NCBI GenBank assembly: GCA_963665845.2
Contig: OY762492.1
Location: 3,886,615-3,950,614 of the forward strand
Length of the DNA: 64,000 nucleotides
Source of the DNA: Candidatus Poribacteria bacterium
GTDB taxonomy: Bacteria; Poribacteria; WGA-4E; GCA-2687025
Direction of reading: 5' to 3'
The position numbers and the translations under genes were made by a program. Numbering within the stretch: position 1 is the stretch's first letter; every line of letters starts with the position of its first letter. This document shows positions 48,224 to 57,939 of the stretch, piece by piece. The notes beneath the pieces are model-generated. The model searched no databases, was not told where the DNA came from, and saw only the letters and a program-made list of their open reading frames with translations.

Positions 48224-48319
48224 CCTTCTTTTGACCAAGGCTTAAAACAAGCCTCTCCCTTCAGGGCGGGTTGCATCCTCGGCGCGGCAAGCGTAAAATA
48301 TCCAAAAGGGGAAAAGAGC

Positions 48320-49189
48320 ATGGGTCGACTAAAGCAAGAACACTGGGATCACTTCAACGAATACGGCTACATGGTCATCGAAGACGCCGTGCCGCATCGG
48401 TTGTGCGCGGGGACAGCGCGCGCCATCTGGGATTTTTTGGAGATGGACCCTGACGATCCGGACGACTGGTACCGCGCCCCGCACCGCCCCGGACCCGGCA
48501 TGGTGGAGATGTATCAGCATCAGGCGATCTGGGATGTTTATCAGCATCCGCCCGTGTATGAAATCTACAAGGAGCTTTACGGAACGCACCGCATCTGGGC
48601 GCATCTGGACCGCGTCAACATGAAGCCGCCTTACCGAGCCGACCGCCCCGAATGGGATCATAAAGGCATGTACCATTGGGACATCGACACGACGAAACTG
48701 CCGGTGCGTTTCTGCGTTCAGGGGGTGTTGTATTTGACCGACACCGCCGACAATCAAGGCTCTTTCGTCTGCTGGCCGGGGGCGCATAAATCGCTCATCG
48801 ACCCTGACAACCCATGGGCGCCGGAGCTGGAGATCGACAAGTTTGTTCAGGTGCCGGGCAAGGCGGGGTCGCTGCTCATCTGGCATTCGGCGCTGCCGCA
48901 TGGCAACGGGCGGAACACATCGGACAAGCCGCGTCTGGCGCAGTATATGAACTTTTTCCCTGCGCCGCATTCGTCGCTTCGTACCGACTGGACGGCTCCC
49001 TCCGCCTTTAAAATGAGCGAACCGGAGGAGGCGCGCCGACAGGAGCGGATCGCGCTCTGGCGCGAACGGCGCGCCCTCGGACGCTCTCCCTACCCCGGCG
49101 ATCCAAGGGGCTGGGAGGCGAAGAATTACGGACCGGCGAAGCTGACCCCGCTCGGTCGAAAACTGCTCGGACTGGATCCCTGGGACTGA
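48320..49189 (+). CDS. Phytanoyl-CoA dioxygenase (PhyH) family protein
   Basis: FNEYGYMVIEDAV, HWD, GSLLIWHSALPHGNGRN...R. Confidence 0.9.
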   Translation: MGRLKQEHWDHFNEYGYMVIEDAVPHRLCAGTARAIWDFLEMDPDDPDDWYRAPHRPGPGMVEMYQHQAIWDVYQHPPVYEIYKELYGTHRIWAHLDRVNMKPPYRADRPEWDHKGMYHWDIDTTKLPVRFCVQGVLYLTDTADNQGSFVCWPGAHKSLIDPDNPWAPELEIDKFVQVPGKAGSLLIWHSALPHGNGRNTSDKPRLAQYMNFFPAPHSSLRTDWTAPSAFKMSEPEEARRQERIALWRERRALGRSPYPGDPRGWEAKNYGPAKLTPLGRKLLGLDPWD

Positions 49190-49207
49190 ACGAAACGAGC
49201 ATAGAGC

Positions 49208-51004
49208 ATGCCGATACGGATATTGCCCGAAGATGTCGCCAACAAGATCGCCGCGGGGGAGGTGGTGGAGCGGCCCGCCTCCGCCGTCAAGGAGCTGATC
49301 GAAAACGCGCTGGACGCCGAAGCGGACGCGGTGCGCGTCGAACTGTCGGAAGGCGGCAAACGGCGCATCGTTGTGCGCGACAACGGATGCGGAATGGAAC
49401 CCGAAGACGCCGCCCTCGCCGTTCGCCGGCATGCCACCAGCAAGCTGGCTTCCGCTAAAGACCTTGAGCAAATATCCACGCTCGGCTTTCGCGGCGAGGC
49501 GCTCCCGTCCATCGCCTCGGTCTCGAAGTTTGAAATGCTGACGAGACCCGCCGGCGCGATGGAGGGAACGCGCGTTGTCGTTGAAGGCGGAAAGCAGCTG
49601 GACGCCTCCCCCGTCGGATGCGCGCCCGGGACGCGCGTCTCGGTCTCTAACCTGTTCTACAACGTCCCTGCGCGGTTGAAATTTTTGAAAACGGATCGGA
49701 CGGAGCTGAACCGATCCAGCGCGCATCTTCAATGGGCGGCGTTGTCGCGTCCGGATGTTCGTTTCACGCTGCTTCACAACGGGCGCGAGCTGATCGATGC
49801 GCCTCAATGCGCCGAGCGGATCGAACGCATACAGGCGCTGTACGGGAAGCAATTTGTGGAGCGGCTGATACCGTTCACCAAAACCTTCGAACGCTTTGAG
49901 ATCGAGTGTTATATCGGCGATCCGAACCTGACGAAGCCGAACCGCGCCCATCAGCTTTTTTTCTTGAACGGGCGTCCGATACGGGATAAAACGGTCTCCG
50001 CGGCTGTAGGCAGGGCGCTTCAAGAGACGACGCCGAAGGGGCGTTACCCGGTCGCGTTTCTGTTTATGACGCTTCCGCCGTCGGAGGTGGATGTGAATGT
50101 TCATCCCGCGAAGTCGGAGGCGCGTTTTAAAGAGGAGCGCGCCCTGTTTCGCAACATTGTTCAGGCGATTGCGCAGGGCATCGGCTCCAGCGCGTACATT
50201 CCTGTTGTGGATACGTCCGCGTCTTCCGCGTCGTCTTCGCCGCCGGGCGAATTTTCAACAGCGGGGCGGCGGTCGGATCAGGAGTCGGCGTTTCGTTCCG
50301 GCGGATTTTCGCGTCCGTCAAGGTCGGTTTACCGGTCGGCGAGTCGACGCGCCGAGCCGGTGTTTGAAGCCGCCGCCGCGTTTGAAAAATCGGCGGACAG
50401 CGAGAATGTGGAGCTGCTGGGCATGCCGAACATTGATCTGGTCGGCGTCCTGTACAACACGTACATCCTCGCCGCCGACGAGCGAAATATGTATCTGATT
50501 GACCAGCATGTGGCGTCGGAGCGGGTTCATTATGAGCGGATCATGACGGAAATGCAGACCGGAAAGGCGCAGTCGCAGGGGCTGCTGAAGCCTGTTGTGG
50601 CGGAGTTGAGCGCGTCGCAGGCGTCCGCGTTTGAAGGCGGGCGGGAATGGCTTGCGCAGTTCGGCATCGAGGCGGAGGCGTTCGGCGGGCGCGCCGTGTC
50701 GATTCAGGCGGTTCCGTCCATGCTAAACCCGTCCCAAGCCGCGCAGATGTTATGCGACCTGCTGGACGCGCTGGAGGAGCAGATCGATCCTGAACGCAGC
50801 TGGGAGGCGCTGCAGGAGAAAGCGGCGGCGACGGTCGCATGCCATTCCGCCGTTCGCGCGGGCGATCCGCTTCCCGAAGAGGCGGTGAAACAGCTTTTAA
50901 AGGACCTGTCCGCATGCAAGCTTCCGTTCAACTGCCCGCATGGGCGCCCTGTTGTGATACAGATGCCGCGCTCGGAGATTGAAGCGCGCTTTCAGCGGCG
51001 GTGA
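49208..51004 (+). CDS. mutL: DNA mismatch repair endonuclease MutL
   Basis: IAAGEVVERPASAVKELIENALDA, GFRGEAL, VDVNVHPAK, DQHVASER, ACH, CPHGRP. Confidence 0.97.
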   Translation: MPIRILPEDVANKIAAGEVVERPASAVKELIENALDAEADAVRVELSEGGKRRIVVRDNGCGMEPEDAALAVRRHATSKLASAKDLEQISTLGFRGEALPSIASVSKFEMLTRPAGAMEGTRVVVEGGKQLDASPVGCAPGTRVSVSNLFYNVPARLKFLKTDRTELNRSSAHLQWAALSRPDVRFTLLHNGRELIDAPQCAERIERIQALYGKQFVERLIPFTKTFERFEIECYIGDPNLTKPNRAHQLFFLNGRPIRDKTVSAAVGRALQETTPKGRYPVAFLFMTLPPSEVDVNVHPAKSEARFKEERALFRNIVQAIAQGIGSSAYIPVVDTSASSASSSPPGEFSTAGRRSDQESAFRSGGFSRPSRSVYRSASRRAEPVFEAAAAFEKSADSENVELLGMPNIDLVGVLYNTYILAADERNMYLIDQHVASERVHYERIMTEMQTGKAQSQGLLKPVVAELSASQASAFEGGREWLAQFGIEAEAFGGRAVSIQAVPSMLNPSQAAQMLCDLLDALEEQIDPERSWEALQEKAAATVACHSAVRAGDPLPEEAVKQLLKDLSACKLPFNCPHGRPVVIQMPRSEIEARFQRR

Positions 51005-51079
51005 CGGCGTTTCCATAAACGAACGCTTTCTGTTAAAATGTAGATCCACTTTTCCGAAAGGCAGTCAGCGGAGAAAGAG

Positions 51080-51598
51080 ATGAATGAAAAACGCGCCAGC
51101 GCAAAAGCGATCGCGGCAGGCAGCTTGACCGCTTTCTTCAGCAGCTGCATTGCCAGTTGCATTTTTATCGTCATCGCATCCTTCATGGCTCTCGGACCTG
51201 AAATGTCGGGCTGGGACTGGGAAGCGTTAGGCGACCCTGAAAATACGGAGATGCTGGAAGAGAACATAGAGAGGCTGGGCGAGAATATAGAGATGCCGGT
51301 CTTTTTCATCACCGTCATGATGTTTCTCATATGGGGCGGTTTCGCGCTCTTGGGCGGGTATATCGCAGGGCGCATGGGGAAGGAAGAGCCGATGTTGAAC
51401 GCCATGTGGGTCGGCGGCATCCTCGCCGGGATCCTTTTGTTGGGCGTCCTATTGAGTCTCGTAGGAGGACTCGGAACCTTTGCGACGCTCCAGGGCATCG
51501 TTGGGATGTTTGGCAGAATCGCGATGGCGGGGGCGGTTTTCTTCATGGCATGGGTGGGCGGCCATCTGGCAAGAGGCCGCGGCGCGGAAGAAGCATAA
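51080..51598 (+). CDS. Integral membrane protein (~4 TM)
   Basis: Hydrophobic helices; GGYIAGRMGKEEPMLNA motif. Confidence 0.75.
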   Translation: MNEKRASAKAIAAGSLTAFFSSCIASCIFIVIASFMALGPEMSGWDWEALGDPENTEMLEENIERLGENIEMPVFFITVMMFLIWGGFALLGGYIAGRMGKEEPMLNAMWVGGILAGILLLGVLLSLVGGLGTFATLQGIVGMFGRIAMAGAVFFMAWVGGHLARGRGAEEA

Positions 51599-51619
51599 TC
51601 GCAGCGACAGGAAACGTCC

Positions 51620-52609
51620 ATGAGCGGCGCCGAACCGAATGAGCCGACCAACGAAAAAGTACTGAGCTGGGCGGCGGTCGCCGCGGGGATCGGCGTCGGG
51701 TGCGTCGGCGCGCTGCTTTGCATTACAACCGCATTTCTCCTCTATGCGACTCTTAGACTTCAGGTCGATTTCGCCGATTTCGCCAATCCAGAGGATACGG
51801 CAGACTTGCTCGAGACGTTAGAGCGGGAGTTCTCACAGGATCGATTTGGGCTTGCCGCCGCCTTCTTTTCGATAGCGGGGCTTTTCTCGTTCATCGGCGG
51901 ATACGTCGCCGGCAAAATCGGCAAAAACGCGCCTGTCCTGAACGCGGCTGTCATGGCGGGCATACCCTCCGCGCTCATGGGGCTGTTTTCGCTGCAGGAC
52001 CTGTTTGTCGTTGGGTTTTCTAGCGTTTGGGGGCTGTATCTCTATCTATTCGGCTGCGGCGCGGCGGCGCTCTTGGGCGGATACGCGGCAAGCAAGCGCA
52101 GGTCGAGATCGCGCATCGCGGCGGCGCTCAAGGAAAGACGGCTGAGCCTAAAAGCGATGGCGCTCGGATGGCTGACCGCGTTTCTTAGCCCGCTCTTTTT
52201 GTTTATGATTGTCGGCGGCGTCTATCTGATCATTGATCTCCATGATCATCCGTCCGGCTGGGCGGCGCTTCAAGACCCTGACTATGCGGACAGATTCGAT
52301 ATAGGCGTAGGCGCGTTCACGCTCGCTTCGCTGGCGCTCTTTGCGCTTTTCGCATTGATCGATTTTCTGTTTGCGGCGCTTGGGGGTTATCTTGCGGGGC
52401 GCATCGGACGCGAGAATCCTGTTGGGAATGCGCAATATGTCGGCGCCATGTTGACGGGGGTAAGCCTACTGTTTCTGGCGGGTTCCGTTCCCTTCTCCGG
52501 CTTCACCGGCTGGATGTTTCTCTCGGCGCTAACGGCTGCCGCGCATTACTGGATGGCGGCTCTCGGCGGGCGGTTTGCGCTTCGACGTTCTACCGCGCAG
52601 GGCGTTTAG
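51620..52609 (+). CDS. Integral membrane protein with two copies of the same ~4-TM domain
   Basis: GGYVAGKIGKNAPVLNA and GGYLAGRIGRENPVGNA. Confidence 0.75.
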   Translation: MSGAEPNEPTNEKVLSWAAVAAGIGVGCVGALLCITTAFLLYATLRLQVDFADFANPEDTADLLETLEREFSQDRFGLAAAFFSIAGLFSFIGGYVAGKIGKNAPVLNAAVMAGIPSALMGLFSLQDLFVVGFSSVWGLYLYLFGCGAAALLGGYAASKRRSRSRIAAALKERRLSLKAMALGWLTAFLSPLFLFMIVGGVYLIIDLHDHPSGWAALQDPDYADRFDIGVGAFTLASLALFALFALIDFLFAALGGYLAGRIGRENPVGNAQYVGAMLTGVSLLFLAGSVPFSGFTGWMFLSALTAAAHYWMAALGGRFALRRSTAQGV

Positions 52610-52901
52610 ACTTCCCCCGAAAACAGAGCGCCACTTTTCCGATCACATCCTCTTCGGGTATCAGCCCCAGCGTCCGCGTTTCCGAACTGAGCGGATGCAG
52701 CCCGCGCACCGCATAACGCCCGTCCGCGCCGCGCGAGACGACCTGCTTCACCATCAAACCATGCCGCGCGTGCTTGAAGAGAATGGCGTCGCCGGCTTTC
52801 GGCTTGAAAAGCCGTTTGAGCGTCCATACCAGCAGATAATCTCCGCTGCGGTATTTCGGCTCCATGCTTTCGCCGGCGACGCGCACGATTTGGAACGCCA
52901 T
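52590..52901 (-). CDS. sodX: Nickel-SOD maturation protease (S24/S26 family)
   Basis: RVAGESMEP, GDYLLV, LMVKQV, directly downstream of sodN. Confidence 0.85.
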   Translation of the reverse strand: MAFQIVRVAGESMEPKYRSGDYLLVWTLKRLFKPKAGDAILFKHARHGLMVKQVVSRGADGRYAVRGLHPLSSETRTLGLIPEEDVIGKVALCFRGKSKRPAR

Positions 52902-52913
52902 CGCGTTCAGGAA

Positions 52914-53399
52914 TTATAGAACAGGGTAGACCGTCTCCAGCTTCGGCTCGTAGGGGCAAACGGCGCGCGTGGTTTCGACGCCCTTCGCTTCCCAGAACAG
53001 CTCGGCGAACTCGTTCACCAGCTCCACCAGCTCCACCGCGTCGTCGCGGTTGACGCCCTGACGGCATGCGGACGCTTTCAGCATGATGCGGTGCGTCAGG
53101 TCATGCGCCCCTTCCGCCGCGGCGCCTTTCAAGAAATCGCCCCAGATGATGCGCACCTCTTTCTTCACATCTTCGGCGTGTTCCTCTTTTTGGGCGATGC
53201 AGCGGATCACCTTATTGGCGGCGGCGTTGTCCGCCGTGCAACCTTCCTCAGCCTCAATCAGATCGACCATGCGAACGACGGTCAGCGCCGAAATGAGCGC
53301 CGTACTCGGATCGTAGATGCCGCACGGGACATCGCAGTGGGCTTTCGCTTTTTGAAAGCGTACCTTGGAATCTAGTTTGGACAGCAGCGAATGAATCAT
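52914..53399 (-). CDS. sodN: Nickel superoxide dismutase
   Basis: Propeptide then Ni-hook HCDVPCGIYDP; RBS AGGAG before ATG 53399. Confidence 0.96.
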   Translation of the reverse strand: MIHSLLSKLDSKVRFQKAKAHCDVPCGIYDPSTALISALTVVRMVDLIEAEEGCTADNAAANKVIRCIAQKEEHAEDVKKEVRIIWGDFLKGAAAEGAHDLTHRIMLKASACRQGVNRDDAVELVELVNEFAELFWEAKGVETTRAVCPYEPKLETVYPVL

Positions 53400-53478
53400 C
53401 CTAATCTCCTGTTGAGATACGGCGGCGCAACGCTTCGGCAACAACGCCGCCGTCTCCTGTATTTGCCGAAGCGCTTTT

Positions 53479-53507
53479 ATTATATGCGAAGCCGCCCCGC
53501 ATGTCAA
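53479..53507 (-). promoter_or_regulatory. Consensus sigma70 promoter of sodN
   Basis: TTGACA-N17-TATAAT on the minus strand. Confidence 0.85.
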
Positions 53508-54379
53508 CGAGTCAAGCTGTCGTAAAGCGAACCGACCCACCGCTCCGCCGAAATAAAACCGCTCCCCCACTGTTCGTCCATGTCCGCGTTCGGCTTCGCC
53601 GCGACCGCCTCCTCGCGCGTTTTGCCGTCTTCAATCAGCTTCAGAACCCGCTGCCGCGATGTGATGAGCATCTGCCGATACTCTTTTAAATCGTTGAGCG
53701 TTGAGAGCGGACCGTGACCTGGAATCAGCTTCGTTTCTTCAGTGACGATGTTGAGCGCGGCGTCGACCGCCTTGATGACGCCGTCGATGGAGCCGCCGCT
53801 GTTGATGTCGATATACGGATACCGCCCGCTGAAAAATGTGTCGCCCATATGCAGGACGTTCGCTTTTTTGAAGTGAACCATCATGTCGCCGTCGGTGTGG
53901 GCGTTCGGGGCATGAAAGACGCGCACTTCGTCGCCGTTCCAATGAAAAACGGCGGCGTCTTCGAAGGTGAGAACGGGCAAGCCCGCGCTGCCGGATTGGG
54001 CGAGCCGCTTTCGCACATTCACATGCGAGACGATATGCGCGCCCGCTTTTGCCATGTTCTCATTGCCGCCGGTATGGTCGCCGTGGTGGTGCGTGTTGAC
54101 GACAAACTCAACCGACTTGTCCGTAACGGACTGGACGGCGGCGAGTATCGGCTCTGTCATCGGCGCAAATTGATCGTCGATCAGAAACGCGCCCGAATCG
54201 CCGACCGACAAGCCGAGATTGCCGCCCCTCCCGATCATCATATAGACGTTGTCGGCAACCTTGTCGAGCTGTATCGTTCCGCTTTGACCTCTCTGCGCCT
54301 CGCCGCGCGTTCCCAGCGCAATCAGGGCGGCTGCAAGCAAAGCCGCGAGAACGGCGCCGACGATCCGCTTCCGTTTCAT
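53504..54379 (-). CDS. Secreted MBL-fold metallo-hydrolase (cyclase-like)
   Basis: Signal peptide, NTHHHGDHTGGN, AHTDGD, HMGD, IPGHG. Confidence 0.9.
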   Translation of the reverse strand: MKRKRIVGAVLAALLAAALIALGTRGEAQRGQSGTIQLDKVADNVYMMIGRGGNLGLSVGDSGAFLIDDQFAPMTEPILAAVQSVTDKSVEFVVNTHHHGDHTGGNENMAKAGAHIVSHVNVRKRLAQSGSAGLPVLTFEDAAVFHWNGDEVRVFHAPNAHTDGDMMVHFKKANVLHMGDTFFSGRYPYIDINSGGSIDGVIKAVDAALNIVTEETKLIPGHGPLSTLNDLKEYRQMLITSRQRVLKLIEDGKTREEAVAAKPNADMDEQWGSGFISAERWVGSLYDSLTR

Positions 54380-54520
54380 ATTGAGCCTTCCTTTCCCTTC
54401 GACATTCCTAGGACGGGTCATGTTATCATGCGCCGCGGTTTGGATGAAGAGGCGCGGCCGGCCGGTAGTACGCTCATGCGATCAACTTCATTTTGACCCT
54501 AAAGCGTTGGCTCCGCCTGA

Positions 54521-54730
54521 CGTCATTCCCGCGCAAGCGGGAATCTAGAGACGCCGCAGGAGACGTCCGCGTCCCTTAAAACCCTCCTAGCCCCCCTTTC
54601 AAGGGGGGAATCGGATGCGCCCCCCTAATCCCTTTTCAAGGGGGGAATCGGATGCGCCCCCCTAATCCCTTTTCAAGGGGGAATCGGATGCGCCCCCCTA
54701 ATCCCTTTTCAAGGGGGAATCGGACGCGCC
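54521..54730. repeat. REP palindrome plus four tandem ~36-bp hairpin units
   Basis: CGTCATTCCCGCGCAAGCGGGAATCTAG (54521-54548); 4x CCCCCCTAATCCCTTTTCAAGGGGGAATCGGATGCG-like (about 54581-54730). Confidence 0.9.
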
Positions 54731-54826
54731 GCGAATATCCCTGTATGAGCGTACTGCCAGGCTGTCCGCCTTTCTATTTTGAAAAGAGCGTCAAGGCGGG
54801 GTATCATAAGAGAAAAGGAGCATGCT

Positions 54827-55072
54827 ATGCCCAACGAAAAGCGAACCGTCCGCGCCGTCCGCCGAGAAAAAGAGATCACGCTCCAGCAGCTTGCCGAAAA
54901 AACAGGCATACCGCTGCGGACGCTCACGATGATCGACCGAAAGCATTACTTCGCCTCGCCCGAACAGGTGCGGCGCATCTGCGACGCGCTGGATGTTCCG
55001 CCGGAAGAGCTGGACATCGGCGCGCCGGAAACGAAGCCCGGCACATGGGGAACCGGCGGGACGTACTCATAA
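54827..55072 (+). CDS. XRE-family helix-turn-helix protein
   Basis: RBS AAGGAG; VRAVRREKEITLQQLAEKTGI...ICDALDVPPEEL. Confidence 0.85.
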   Translation: MPNEKRTVRAVRREKEITLQQLAEKTGIPLRTLTMIDRKHYFASPEQVRRICDALDVPPEELDIGAPETKPGTWGTGGTYS

Positions 55073-55090
55073 TCCCGCCCGATGATCTTG

Positions 55091-56515
55091 CTATAATGCG
55101 TCGGCTTTTAACATGTTCGTTGTGCCGCGCGCGTCTAGGGGCGTCCCTGCGACGATGACGACGCTGTCCCCTTTTTGACCGGCGCCCGCCGCCAGCGCCG
55201 CCGCCTTCGCCTTCTCAATGATGTCGTCCGTGTCGATCGGCTCCTGTATCAAGAGCGGATCCACGCCCCAGGAGACCTGAAGCCGCCGAAGAACCCTCTC
55301 GTCTGAACTGACGCCGATGATCCGCATTTCGGGGCGAAACCGCGCCACCGCGCGCGCCGTCTGCCCAGAACGGGTGCAGCAGACAATCATCTTGGCGCCG
55401 ATGACCGTCGCCAAATCGCGCGCCGCTTGGCTCACCGCGTCCTTCACATTCGCGCTCGCTTCCATATGCCGCTCCGCCATGAGCGCCGCGTAATGAAACC
55501 GCTCGCGCGCCGTGTCCGCGATTCGCTTCATGATGTTCACCGCCGCGGTCGGATGCTTGCCGACAGCCGTTTCGCCCGACAGCATCAGGGCGTCTGTTCC
55601 GTCCAAAATGGCGTTTGCCACATCGGTCAATTCCGCCCGCGTCGGCCGCGCGTTTTCGATCATGGACTCCAGCATCTGCGTCGCCGTGACGACCGGCAAA
55701 CCCCGCCGGTTCGCCTCCTGTATGATCTGCTTCTGCGCCCATGGAATCTCATGCATCGGTATTTCGACGCCGAGGTCGCCCCGCGCGACCATCGCGCCGT
55801 CGGACGCCTCCAAAATCGGGATCAGGTTTTCCAGCGCCGCCCGCTTCTCGATTTTGGCGATGATCGGAATGTTCGACCCCTCCTCCCGTATGAGAGCGCG
55901 CGCCGCGCGGATGTCAGCCGCCGTCCGCACAAAGGAGAGCGCGATCCAGTCCGCCCGCCGCTCCACGCCGAAGCGCAGGTCCGCTTTGTCCTTCGCCGTC
56001 ATGGAGGGCAGGCGCAGCGTCTTCTCCGGGACATTGATGCCCTTGTGCGCGCCCAGTTCGCCGCCATGAACAACCTCGCAGACGGCGTCTGTCGAGGTTG
56101 CGGACTCGACGCGCAGTTCCAGCATGCCGTCCGACATGAGAATGCGGTCGCCCTGTTCCAGCTCGCCGATCAGCTCTGGATAGTTGACGCTCGCCTCGTC
56201 GGCTCCGCCGGGCGTTTTGCGCGTTGTCAAGACGAAGCGGCTGCCGGGCGTCAACTCAACCGCTCCCGGCGCCATCGGGCCGGTGCGTATCTTGGGTCCG
56301 GACAGGTCTTGTATAACAGCGGTATGCTTGCCCGTTTCTTTTCCCGCTCTTCTGATCATGCGGATATAGGCGAGATGTTCATGGCGCGAGCCGTGGGAGA
56401 AGTTGAGCCGCGCCGCGTCCATTCCCGCCTCAACCAGCTCTAGTATCGACTCATACGAGGCGGTGGAGGGTCCGATGGTGCAGACGATTTTCGCTTTGGC
56501 GCTGGCGCCGTTCAT
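55091..56515 (-). CDS. pyk: Pyruvate kinase
   Basis: KIVCTIGP, ARLNFSHG, DLSGPKIRTG, IIAKIE, MVARGDLGVE, ATQMLESM, MLSGETA. Confidence 0.97.
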   Translation of the reverse strand: MNGASAKAKIVCTIGPSTASYESILELVEAGMDAARLNFSHGSRHEHLAYIRMIRRAGKETGKHTAVIQDLSGPKIRTGPMAPGAVELTPGSRFVLTTRKTPGGADEASVNYPELIGELEQGDRILMSDGMLELRVESATSTDAVCEVVHGGELGAHKGINVPEKTLRLPSMTAKDKADLRFGVERRADWIALSFVRTAADIRAARALIREEGSNIPIIAKIEKRAALENLIPILEASDGAMVARGDLGVEIPMHEIPWAQKQIIQEANRRGLPVVTATQMLESMIENARPTRAELTDVANAILDGTDALMLSGETAVGKHPTAAVNIMKRIADTARERFHYAALMAERHMEASANVKDAVSQAARDLATVIGAKMIVCCTRSGQTARAVARFRPEMRIIGVSSDERVLRRLQVSWGVDPLLIQEPIDTDDIIEKAKAAALAAGAGQKGDSVVIVAGTPLDARGTTNMLKADAL

Positions 56516-57939
56516 TTGCCTCTTCCCTTCGCGCGCGGCGATACGGGTATGGACAGCTCCTCAATGCGCCGCCGCAGCGTCGTTCGGCTGATGCCGAGCC
56601 AATGCGCCGCTTTCACCTGGTTGCCTTCATGCGTCTTGAGCGCGTTTGCGATGAGCGCGCGCTCCATTTCGTTCAGCGCCGCCTGGTACACCTCGCCATG
56701 CTCCGCATCCTCGACTAAATTATCAACCGCTCGGCGCATCAGCCGCGCGGTTGGCGGCTCTTGTCCGTCTGGAAGCTGTTCAGGGTTCAGGACTCCCGCC
56801 GGCAGATGTTCTTTTAAAAGGACTCCGCTTCGGGCGAAGACGGCGGCATGCTGTATCGCGTTTTCCAGTTCGCGCACATTTCCATGCCAAGGGCATTCTT
56901 GAAGCGCCTGCGCCGCCGCTTCGTCCACCGCGAGGGAGGGGCGCCCCAGCTCCGTTGCCGTTTTTGCCAAAAAATGCTCCGTCAAGAGAGGGATGTCCTC
57001 CTTCCGCTCGCGCAGCGGCGGCAGCTGAACAGAGACCACCTTCAAGCGGTAGTATAAATCCCAACGGAACGAGCCGTCGCGCGCCGCCTCCTCCAGCGGA
57101 TAATTGGTCGCGGCGATGACGCGCGCTCGGACCGGCAGGCTCTCCGTTCCGCCGACGCGCTGATATTCCCGCTCCTGCAGGACGCGCAGCAGACGCGTCT
57201 GAACGCCGGGCGACGCGCTGGCGATCTCGTCCAAAAAAAGCGTCCCGTCCTCCGCCGCGCCGATAACGCCGCTTGTCTGTCTGTCGGCGCCGGTGAAGGA
57301 GCCTTTTTCATGTCCAAACAGCTCCGACTCCAGCAGGTCTTCGGCAAAAGCGGCGCAGTTCACCGGCATAAACGGCTTGTCTCGGCTGGGGCTGTTGTAA
57401 TGAATGGCGCGGGCGGCGTTCTCTTTTCCGACGCCGCTTTCGCCCTCAATCAAGACCGTGACGCGATTCACCGTCAACGCTCCGATCAGTTTATACACCT
57501 CCTGCATGGCGGGGCTTTCGCCGATAAGGGCGGGCATGCGCCCCTTCGGCTCGGCGGAGGCGGAGGAGGCTTGCGTCGACCCGATGCGCTCCATGCGCGC
57601 CAGCAGCGCTTTCAGGCGGTTCAGGTCCAGCGGCTTCGTTAGATAGTCGATGGCGCCGCGCTGAATCGCCTCGATGACCGTCTGCGGATCGCCGTAGGCG
57701 GTCATGACGATCACATCGGCGTTGGGGCTTGCTTTTTTTAAAAGGGGAAGCGCGTCCAGTCCGCTCATTCCCGGCAGTTTGACGTCGCAGATGACGACGG
57801 AGGGGCGCTCCGCCTTCGCGATTTCAATTCCGCGTTCCGCCGTTTCAGCGAGAAGGGGGGCGTAGCCGGCGCCTTTCAGAAACTGCTCAAACGCCCAGCG
57901 CGCCTTTTCTTCATCTTCAATCACAAGCGCTTTTTTCAT
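56512..57939 (-). CDS. Sigma54-dependent response regulator (NtrC family)
   Basis: REC domain, GESGVGKE, GSFTGA, LFLDEI, WHGNVREL, HTH. Confidence 0.93.
   Translation of the reverse strand: MKKALVIEDEEKARWAFEQFLKGAGYAPLLAETAERGIEIAKAERPSVVICDVKLPGMSGLDALPLLKKASPNADVIVMTAYGDPQTVIEAIQRGAIDYLTKPLDLNRLKALLARMERIGSTQASSASAEPKGRMPALIGESPAMQEVYKLIGALTVNRVTVLIEGESGVGKENAARAIHYNSPSRDKPFMPVNCAAFAEDLLESELFGHEKGSFTGADRQTSGVIGAAEDGTLFLDEIASASPGVQTRLLRVLQEREYQRVGGTESLPVRARVIAATNYPLEEAARDGSFRWDLYYRLKVVSVQLPPLRERKEDIPLLTEHFLAKTATELGRPSLAVDEAAAQALQECPWHGNVRELENAIQHAAVFARSGVLLKEHLPAGVLNPEQLPDGQEPPTARLMRRAVDNLVEDAEHGEVYQAALNEMERALIANALKTHEGNQVKAAHWLGISRTTLRRRIEELSIPVSPRAKGRGK

Noticed and set aside
49208-51004. 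MutL DQHV variant of the DQHA motif
   Set aside because: Other endonuclease motifs are intact; a single substitution is not notable
54581-54730. CRISPR array (36-bp palindromic repeats)
   Set aside because: Units are head-to-tail without unique spacers, the motif is dispersed elsewhere, and there are no cas genes
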